This document shows positions 14,901 to 24,200 of a stretch of 64,000 nucleotides of DNA, piece after piece (within the stretch, counting starts at the first letter, position 1; each line of letters starts with the position of its first letter). The position numbers were made by a program, and so were the translations under genes. Origin of the DNA: Tubiluchus corallicola. Lineage: Eukaryota; Animalia; Priapulida. The stretch lies in NCBI GenBank assembly GCA_030141605.1, contig JAQGDQ010000027.1:248001-312000 (forward strand), read 5' to 3'. Below the pieces are notes generated by a model. It had not been told where the DNA came from. It saw only the letters and a program-made list of their open reading frames with translations, and made no database searches.

Positions 14901-17085
14901 CTAAATGACTTGTCCTTTCCTTTAAGAATTAAATTTTTACAATGAATGATATAATATCAACTAATGAAGGATGTAGTTGTACTATAAAACACTTACGTAT
15001 GGTGCAAGTGCCAAGCAATTTAACAGAAGCCTCGGGTGGTAACCCACAGGGGGTTAGCCACTGTGCCACATATTGTGCAAATCCCAAGCAGATAATAGCC
15101 AGCATTGCTGGACGCAGAATAAGAAGAGACGTCCAGGAAAACAAGTAGGATGGGATTCCTCCGAATGCTTGCAGGAGGTAAACATAATCTCCGCCAGAGA
15201 GGGGTATTAATGTACCCAGCTCCATGTATGCTAGAGCACCTGAAAGATTATTACATAAAAACTATGATAAGCCTAACTTTTTGGCACTGTGACCAGATAT
15301 TTGCCATCAAATAATGTGCTAATAACTGAAATAAATTAAAATTCATATTTTATTGATATTAGAAGGCCTATAAAGTAAATTCAGTGTCGGACAACAGCCT
15401 ACATTTTACTTTATACGAGTGTTAAAATCTAACATGGCATTAAAATAACGTTTATGCGCTAGCTGAGGCAAATTAAAGTTCCCATTTTATTGATGCTAAA
15501 AATTAATTCAGTTGGGAAACAGCTTACTTTTACATCATAAGTGTTAACATTGGCGCTCATGACCATAGCACCAGTGTGTACCCACAATAAAAAACCACAC
15601 TCAGTAATTACCAACGTTTTCCAACTGACTCAATATGAAGAAAAATACAAACGCAAAGTTAACAAATATTAATAGCTGGGCTTGAAAAACACCACTGACG
15701 TACAGGCAATGACTTTCCATTAGCCTAAACTTACCCAGCATAGACAAAACACCACATCCGGCCCAGATGCACAAACTTAATCCAACTGATCCTGAACGAA
15801 CGAGAACACCTTTTGGCGACACGAAAATACCCGATCCTAAAATCAACCAGCAGTAAATATACAACGATTATGGCCGGTATTCTAAATAATTATTATGGAA
15901 TTTTAAATTATCACGGATTCATCATTCAAAATATAAAACATTTCCCATCAGTAGCTTAAACACACACCGGGAAACCCTGCAAACCAGAGGAGACCCATGT
16001 GTTAAAGGAGAGCCCGACCAGAAGAGCCTTTGGATGTGAAAATCCGATAAATGCATAATTATTTTTACGAAACAGTTTGGCCAGTATGGAATCACTAAAG
16101 AATTTAACGGCAAGTCGAGACAGTTTTATAGTTGATTTTAAAAACTGTAGCTCATCCTTATTTACCTTTGAATGATAGGGCCATCATAAGTGGTTAGTGG
16201 ATTACATTACGTCACAGGGGATCACCAAATGTAAGTAAACAATTTATTGTCATTATAGCATAATACATAAAATGAAATTTATGTGGTTTTATACGTGCTG
16301 CAATAACTTACTGAAATAACAAGGAGATTAACACAAATAATTCAATCAGTTGTGCAGTGACATAGAGAATTAATATTGGAGATTTACTGAAATTTACTGC
16401 TGAAAGTGCGAGTTGCAACGGGACAGAAAGAATTTAAAGTTCTTGTGGTTTTAGCGTTAATTGAGCGGTATCTACGACAACAGGGGAGCATTTCAAAGTA
16501 TTTATTACCTGGACGAAATTCATCTTTCATAATAGCTTGCGCTTTCTTTGCGACCCTAGTTTCATACAACAATATAGCTACTGTTCCACGTAGTAACTAA
16601 ATTTAGGCGCAAGAATTTCATATTTAGAATTGATAAAAAGACTAGCTTCGGCCAAGTTTTCTGATTTTTCATCCTAATGTTATTTACCTCGTTATGTTAT
16701 TTGATTTCATTTGATTTTTTATTGCAAAACATGGTTCATTTCACAAAATACAACATCACATATTTACAATCAAATTACAAAAAAATAAAATAAATTACAA
16801 TTAATAACGATGAATAAATGAGATAATAATTTAATTAATCAAATTATTTAATAGTTATGTAATTAAATTCAGTATTTCACACAAATACGAAGCCGTCCTA
16901 CCAATCATCGTTCCCACGATCATGCCCACTCCGCTTATCAGTCCTAACTCTTTCTTCAGGTGTATGGCTTCTTCCGAGGAGGCGGGCGATGAATTCTGCG
17001 AGGTCTTCTTGCCAAGCATGTGGTCAAGTTGTAGGATTGGTGCCTCGCTGTTATCCATGCTTGGCACTGAACGCAGTCTTGCCAT
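5929..17085 (-). CDS. SLC7A9: SLC7 L-type amino acid transporter light chain, b(0,+)AT/SLC7A9-like, about 510 aa, 11 coding exons
   Basis: Phase-compatible GT-AG exons: 17085-16902, 15836-15735, 15239-14997, 10689-10564, 9864-9720, 9424-9301, 9131-9028, 8629-8533, 8081-7932, 7448-7280, 6017-5929 (TAG); total 1533 nt. Motifs: [29 protein letters not shown], the extracellular Cys (TPCGLPP) that bonds to the SLC3 heavy chain, [50 protein letters not shown]. The family is certain; the SLC7A9 orthology is recognised by eye. Confidence 0.9.
6701..7050 (-). mobile_element. second copy (inverted) of the hAT-like MITE at 1109-1516
   Basis: TAGGGTTGAGCAT...ATGCTCCTCCCCT ends; shared internal blocks such as CAAGCAATATG and TTTGCAAGACTGCTTTTTATT are reverse complements of the 1109-1516 copy. 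Confidence 0.7.
7562..7620. repeat. (GTT)/(GCT) microsatellite
   Basis: Visible trinucleotide run. Confidence 0.85.
10168..10372. mobile_element. small MITE / inverted repeat
   Basis: GGGTTTACCTGGCATCCAGAATGCGTTATGCGTTAT versus ATAACGCATACGCATTCCAGGTATCAGGTAAATGCC (imperfect inverted arms). Confidence 0.55.
11881..12000 (-). pseudogene. decayed partial duplicate (pseudo-exon) of SLC7 coding exon 3
   Basis: AATCCCAAGCAGATCGTGGCCAACATTGATAGACGCAGAACGAGAAGAGAC...AATGCTTGCA..TCTCCGTCAGAGAGAGGTATTA aligns with 15080-15210, with substitutions and a deletion of about 13 nt. Confidence 0.85.
12639..12856. mobile_element. mariner-like MITE
   Basis: TA-CAGGGCGTT...AACACCCTG termini. Confidence 0.5.
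12991..14425 (-). mobile_element. 5'-truncated, degenerate L2/CR1-group LINE (RT to 3' end) with (TAA)n tail
   Basis: Broken frames give [37 protein letters not shown] (YADD motif decayed), [10 protein letters not shown]...[14 protein letters not shown]...[16 protein letters not shown]. The microsatellite tail is at 12991-13033. Confidence 0.88.
16235..16590 (-). mobile_element. Rex1/Babar-like LINE 3' fragment
   Basis: [46 protein letters not shown] matches the Rex1 C-terminal LLPSGRRYRS...RNSFFP pattern. The tail motif ATGAAATTTATGTGGTTTT also occurs at ~2705, and an inverted variant at ~2945. Confidence 0.7.
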
Positions 17086-18418
17086 GCCATCACCCAAATC
17101 GTGACCTATAAAATGACAAAATTTAAAATTTACTTGCACTGGACATTCTCACTGTTTAAATTGTTTTAAATGTAGAAAATCAGTATTGAGAATGAATCAA
17201 CCCATTTGTAGTAATTTTACTTATTGGTTGCTGTACCTAGCAAAACAAAAATCTCTTCTACTATAGCCCACCATTAAGCCCATTTGCTTACATTTTACCG
17301 AACTTTTAATTTTCAATTTGTAATGTAATATCTTTTTTTAAATATATTAATTCAGAGCTGTGGTATCACTTCGACTATTATTATTATTAATAACACATTT
17401 ATGGTAAAAAGTATTTACAATGTTAAGTAGATTACCCATCATGCTTATACATTGTGGGTCATATTACTTTGGCTTTTTTGTAAATACATAATTACTGCAT
17501 AATTTTCTATACTGTATGCTCTGCCTATATAACTAGTTGCTGTTTGTATAGTGTACCACTGATGATGACAGCTGATTGCCGTGGAAACGTTTGAGCATGT
17601 TTTTAATTAAACGTTTTAATTAAAGTTGTGTTATTTTAATAACAAATGTTCCGAAGTGCCTGTATAAATTGACTTATACGTAAATGTATACATAATCTTA
17701 GATGCCGTGATTTAAACTTCTCTAATGGTTTCTTAAAACATGTAGTTTACCATAGTGATGTTTTTATATACGCTATAATATCGCCCATTGAAAAGAAAAT
17801 TTAATGTAGTAATGTAGTCTTATTGTTTATGATTTATGTAAATATTTTTTCACTATTTTCCATTTTTAATTTTTGTAAATAGTAAGTTTGTCTTTATAAT
17901 TAGTTTTATTAGTAATTGTGTTTTTATGGCTTAAGACATGTAACGACTACGAACTGCAGTAAAGAATAAAATGAATAAATAAAATTTATACAATCTGTAA
18001 TCATTCTTTGTACAAACTGACATGCAGAGTTGAGTAAAATGCTGGTTAGTACGGTGCCTCATGTAATTTGTTACCGCGTCCCGTGGCCTAATATTCACGA
18101 GGCTTGGTTGAAGCCATGCCTGCTGTGCTATATAAGGCTGTTGGCTTCATGGCATGCAGCAAAGTGAGGCTGTAAAGAGCCCCTTCCACTGCTCACACAA
18201 TAATCAAAACATTGTTAAGGGTTGTTGCTCGGGAATTTCGTTTGTTTAACTCTGGCCCAGTGAGCCAAACCATTTGTTTACTACGATATGTGCACCTTTC
18301 AGACATTTACGTAAATACGTCCTCCTTCATAGTGCATAATTACAATTCAATTGTGCTTTGCAACAGAAACCTGTTCTGATGATATCCTTATGGTTAAATA
18401 AAGTGCACATGCTTGAGA

Positions 18419-18465
18419 CACCAGTCTCTTCAGAAGCGTGGGTTCGAATCCCATCGCTGCCACCA
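18419..18465 (+). pseudogene. tRNA-Leu 3'-half retro-copy ending in CCA
   Basis: CACCAGTCTCTTCAGAAGCGTGGGTTCGAATCCCATCGCTGCCACCA covers the 3' anticodon stem, long variable arm, T-arm, acceptor strand and CCA of tRNA-Leu(AAG/TAG). There is no 5' half or A box. Confidence 0.8.
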
Positions 18466-18468
18466 TAA

Positions 18469-18908
18469 TTGTAATGTGTCTTGACTCTAAGAACTAATTT
18501 ATTTAGTTGTTTACTAAATCTTCGCACAAAAACGGAAAGGTTCGTCGGGGTGCAGATATTATTTTTACGTTTACTTAGCCAAAACACAAATGTATCTAAC
18601 AATAAAGTGATTAATTATGCATCAAATGTTGACAATGTTATTATAATAATTAAATATGACAACGTTTATTTTTGTTTTAACGATACTATAATGGAAATGA
18701 CTTAATTACTGCTTTGTCATAATAAGTGATTTTTACAATAATATTTTCTACATTTGTTGCATAATTAATCACTTTATATTTAGATATATTTGTGTTTTGG
18801 CTAAGTGAGCATAATAACAATGTTTGCACGCCGACGAATCCCTCCGTTTTTATGGGAAAATTTAGTAAGCAACTAAACAAATTAGTCCTTAGACTCACGA
18901 CATGTTAT
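18469..18908. mobile_element. foldback MITE with inverted arms of about 195 bp
   Basis: The two arms are reverse complements, which is also visible as near-identical ORFs 18481..18705(+) and 18686..18898(-). Confidence 0.8.
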
Positions 18909-19994
18909 AACACACTTTAATACACTGTGCATTCTAGTGATTTTACAAACTGTGTGCTCAGTACTGAAATTCTACTGTTAACAAAAAGTTAGTGCTAGAG
19001 TGTCATTATTAGCAGGCCACTTTAAATTTAAACTACAAAACTCAAATATGGGAAAATGGAACTGGGAAAGAGATACGGTTTTCGGAAAAGAGTGTTCTGT
19101 TAATTTAGTCGATTGATTTTGACGCGAATGGAATTTTTGTTTCCATAATCTCTTTCGTTAGTCTCAAACACATAAATACGACAGCAGATATGATAAGCTA
19201 TTGAAAATTTGTTAACGAAATTGCAAGCACCATCATTTCAACGTTTGAACAGGATTTTACATCCTCTTTTGTGGCTTTTTGTGAAACGTATCCTCTAAAT
19301 GCCTGTTAGTGGTTCCTAAACGAGACAGTTTGCTTATTCGATGAACATGAAAGAACATTTAAGAATCTATCGAACAACATTTCTAAAAAAACGAATACAG
19401 GTCTATCAATTTTTCCTGATACGCATATGTGAACAAGCAGTTCATAAATTAGCACCATTTGACTTTAATAAGTAACTGTCCAGCTGTACATCATGAAGCA
19501 CCATTTGTAAAATTATTTCATTTACCGTTAGTACTAATTAGGAGTTTACTGTTCGGAAGCCAATAAATTTCAAACTCGTAAAAGGGCTTCATTATTGCAT
19601 TAGCTGCACCTTGGCTTCACTACTCGGTGACAGTTAATCCTACACATGCAGCATAGCCTAACTGTTAACCCAATTTGCTCTTCGTTTATTAGTGACGCAC
19701 ACACTCCTCATTTAGAACGCTAATATCATAAAACACAGATAGGCGGGTCATAAAATAAGCTTGTTTTTTGTAAGGCAACTAATTTTGACACAACTAGTTT
19801 CAGCCGGCATATGTGATTGCGCAAAAAATACAAGTTTATGTGGTTCAGTTTTCTCAAAATTGTTTTATGGCAACTATACACAGGGCATAAGGGTGTCTGT
19901 CGTTTCGTTCTTCAATGTCTCGGTGCTTATTCTTATAATTTTTGAACTTACATTGTAAAAACTGGGTGAGTGGAACGAGCGACCCACACCCCAA

Positions 19995-21079
19995 TGTTAT
20001 GAACAGTTTACTATACATGAATGTTTAGCTAGTATTATGAATAGGTACTGTAAGTACTGCGGGATGGGAAAGCCACACACCTGTCCTTCAACAAGTGCAT
20101 AAGTTGGAAACCAGGTTGTCGTCCTAGTTTTATTTCGACGGTTTCAGTCGGCATGTCTATAGCTATGAAGTAAAGACGTTTGCTCTGTACGTGTTACCTG
20201 CGGACTATGTAATGTGTTGCAGTTTGGCATTTAGCATTATATATAGCTGTGATTACAGTTAAAGGACAGCAACGTTCTCGAGCAGTCTAGATACGTTGTG
20301 ATACATTTTGTGTACCATCGGAGTTTACAGCCAAATGGATACTGGGGATAATTTGCTTAAGCCGTTATGGAGTTACTACTGTTCATGTGGAAAGTTTGGG
20401 CTGAATATCACTGCATACATTTACCTGACGCTAGCCTCTGAGAAAGTTAAACCATTCACGATGTCATCTCACCTACCTCATAGACGGGACAGTGCACACT
20501 TCGTTTCCAGTGACGTCACCAGTGATTATGTGGCATGCCAAGACGTTAATGGACAGTAAACCATCTCAGCGTGGACAGGTTTTTCGGTGCACCTCCCAGG
20601 GAAAGGGTAATTAGTGAGTACCTAGTGTATTAGAATTTAATTTGTTTATCTTTAGTTGGGTTTTGCCTCGTATTTATCTGATTGATTTTGAAAAGTATCA
20701 TTTTGATCATCACAAATTTGTTAATTAAATTTTGATCGTTCTTTATACACAAAATATGTATCTTGGAGTGCGTTTCTTTGTGAACGTTTAAGAAGTATTT
20801 GAATAGTGAAAATATTATGAATAGTTCACACTTTGTTAGCTAAACACAATAACAGCAACTCAAGGCCGACACTTAAGATCCCACTCGTGATTCGAACCCA
20901 CATCTTTTATCTCAAGGTACGCCCCGTAGAAGTACCTATGAGAAACTTATTCAGTTTCTAAACTACTAACATCTGTGTACTACCTCACCGCTCGGCTATG
21001 AGTACTAGTTTGGGAATTGCTGAAGTAAATCTGATCTAAATAAAGAACAGAAAACCAACAAGTAAAACCCGGCGTCACA
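19995..21079 (+). repeat. 5' LTR
   Basis: TGTTATGAAC...GGCGTCACA; direct repeat of 26386-27470 with about five substitutions seen by eye. TATA-like TATATATAG at ~20239, CRE TGACGTCA at 20511, AATAAA at 21039. Confidence 0.96.
20809..21005 (-). ncRNA. candidate tRNA-like Pol III small RNA inside the LTR (second copy 27200-27396)
   Basis: On the minus strand: A box TAGCCGAGCGG (20998-20988), B box GGTTCGAATCA (20898-20888), cUACGg-capped hairpin (20943-20910), first T4 run at 20812-20809. Transcription is inferred, not shown. Confidence 0.5.
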
Positions 21080-21082
21080 TTT

Positions 21083-21100
21083 TGGTGGCAGCGGTGGGAT
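21083..21100 (+). promoter_or_regulatory. primer binding site complementary to the 3' end of tRNA-Leu
   Basis: TGGTGGCAGCGGTGGGAT, 3 nt after the LTR end, is the reverse complement of ATCCCACCGCTGCCACCA. Confidence 0.92.
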
Positions 21101-21273
21101 CTTGTCAGTTATTGAGCTGCTGGTTATTACAGTTGATTAATAGAACGCTTTGAGTAAAGTATTGCATTATTGAAACGGGTGTTTCATAATCAGAATTAAA
21201 GTAGACACCCTCAGTGTAGGTACATGTAAACATTGTTACTCTACAATTACGCAAACCCTTCCCAGTAAATGTC

Positions 21274-24200
21274 ATGTCTCATAAAGCGACTTTCACACCT
21301 GTTTCATTGAACTATGAGACTGTTGAAACACTTAAAGTAATTGCACGTGAAATCGGTATATCAGTCCTTCCCAGAACAAAGCTTACTTTAATAGATGCTA
21401 TTTTGAAACAGCAGGCAATGCTAAATTCCCTTCAGGGTCCTGGAATGAGCGTAACTGGGCATAGTGCAGTGGAGAAGCTTCTCACAGAAAGTGAAGAAGA
21501 AGACAGAGAAGGAAAGGAAGAAGAAGAGGATGAAAAAGAAGAAGAGACATTGGGTGCAGCATTGATGACAACTCCAGGTCCACCAGAACTTTCAAGGATT
21601 GCGCCTACGCCACTATTTAAAGGAAAAGGGCGAGGAACATTTTCTGGTGCGAACGTAGCAGGAAATTATGATTTGGCAGGTGTCCAAACACAGGACCAAG
21701 CCACACTTATCCTTCAACTGGAGAAAATGAGGTTGGAGAATGAACTGAGCATGCGCGAATTGGAGCTAAGAGAACGTAGAGAGTGTCGGGAGCATGAGCT
21801 AAGGATGGCTGAAAGGACGGATCGTCCAGCATCTACAGCTGCTTTAACCCCCACTCCAGATGAGAGAATTTTTTCAGCAGTTAATGAGAAACGCTTGAAG
21901 TTGAGACCCTATAAAGAGGGACAAGGTGAAACTATTTTAGAATGGCTCACGTATTTTGAGAAAACCTGCGCTGTCAACAGCATCCCTATGACTCGCTATT
22001 GTGCGTCTTTGGCTCCTCATTTATCTGGAAAAGCCTGCCATGCTTTCCAGCTTGTAGACGATGAAGATCTGCATGATTATGAGAAGGTCAAACAAGCAAT
22101 TCTTCAGGCTTACTTAATCAGCCCGGAAAGTTATCGTGTGACCTTTCGTGACCTTATAAAGAAAAAGGACGAGACTTGTGCACAAGTTTTGGTACGGCTA
22201 AGGCAAGCTGCAAAGAATTGGGGCAAATCACTTTCAGTTAGCACAGTTGAGGAAGCCATTGATCTTCTGGTATACGAGCAATTCATGGCTATTCTGCCTG
22301 CAGAAGTAGCACTTTGGCTCAAGAAGAACGCCGTGTACGACCTTGATGAGGCAGCTGAGAAAGCTGATGCATACATGTCTGCACAAAATCCTCGGTCCTC
22401 ATTGTCGAGATTTAAACCTCCAGCACCAGATAATTGCAGGCGACAATTTTCTGACAGTAAGCGTAATACTTTTAGTCCACCTGCGGCTAATCGTAACGTG
22501 ACTTGTTACCATTGCGGAAAAGTGGGTCACGTGTCTAATGCCTGTTCACTGAAAAGAGCACAACGAACTGGTGTAACTCCTCCTGAGAAACCAAAAACAC
22601 CATACAAGCAACTTTTAGCTTTAAAACCAAGTGAAGCTGTAATGTTAGCTACTGCCGAAGTTGGACCTACACAGTGTGTAACAGGGCATCCTTATTTCCA
22701 TGCTACTTTAAATGGAGTTAATGTTTTGGGCCTACGTGATACAGGAGCTTCTAGAAGTGTGGCTAATCCAAGCTATGTAAGAGATGATCAATATCTCAAA
22801 GATGTTTACCACGATCTTAGATGCATCCATGACTGTAATAAGTCATGCCCAGTGGCGGTGGTTGAAGTGTCCAGTCCATATGCCACAGGATTCTTAACCG
22901 TTGCTGTTGTGTCAAGCAGCCCAGTACCTCTGTTACTTGGTAATGATTTTATGGCAGAGATAAAGCCGATGATGGCTGGAGAAACATGTCTGAATAAGCC
23001 AATATGGTCTTCCTTAACTGCTGATGTAAAGAAAAAGCCCAACAATACAGTTGAGGATCCCAGCACACAGAAAGCAACTTATGCAATGGCTGTGAAAGGT
23101 GAAACCAAAAGGAAAAGGCAACGTTCTCACCCAGATAAGAGAAGTCAAACTTTAAATTTTGTGTTGCCGGTGACGACAAGAGCTAAAGCAAAGATATTGG
23201 CTGAAGATGCAAAAGCTGAGGCCAGAACTCAAATGCAGAGTGAACGAGATGTGCCATTACCATTTATAAAGGAGAATACTGCCAGTAAGCAACAATCAGT
23301 CTTGGACTCACTAAGCAAGGCCAAACTCGCAGAAGAACAGAAAGCCGACGTAACATTACGCAACTGGCTAGATCATGTTAAGCCTAAAAACGAATGCATC
23401 GAGAGCAAAAGTGGCTACTATCTAGAAGATGGAGTTTTACATGTAATTACTAAAGCTCATGGCACAATACTGCATCGTTTGGCACTACCTAAAGCCAGAC
23501 GTCAAGAAGTCATCAAACTGGCTCACGATGGACTAACTTCTGCTCACCAAGGTCAAAAGAAGACTTGGGATCGCATTGCAAGTCAGTACTGTTGGCCTGG
23601 AATGCGTAAGCAAGTAGAAAGCTATGTTAAGTCTTGTCCAGCCTGCCAGAAGACTTCCAGGGTCATGAAGAAGGATCGAGCACCCTTGAAGCCACATCCG
23701 GTAGTTAAAGAACCTTTCTCTACCATATGCATTGATCTTATTGGGCCAATGCCCAGGACTAAAGCTGGACACAAGTACGCATTGGTTATAGTCGACCAAG
23801 CTACCAGGTACCCAGATGCATATCCATTGAAGACAGAAACTGCTAGTGAAGTTGCAAAAGCTTTGCTTCAATTCATCTGCAGACATGGTGTACCTAGAAC
23901 AATACAGTCAGACAGAGGGACACAATTTACATCAACTCTTATTGCAGACCTTGAGCAAGCACTCGGTGTGAAAGGCATTTTCTCAACACCTTACCACCCA
24001 GAATCTCAGGGAGTGACAGAAAGATTTAACTCTTCACTAAAGAATTCTATACGAAAACTCTTACAAACCCAGCGCTCGATGGAATGGGATGAGTTGATAC
24101 CTTTTGTATTATTTGCCTATCGCGAGGTCCCTCAGGAATCACTGAAATACAGCCCATTTGAGCTTGTCTATGGCTTTCCTGTGAGAGGTCCCATGGCTGC

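Noticed and set aside
18419-18465. Functional tRNA-Leu gene
   Set aside because: Only the 3' half is present; there is no A box, D-arm or anticodon, and the variable and acceptor stems carry mismatches.
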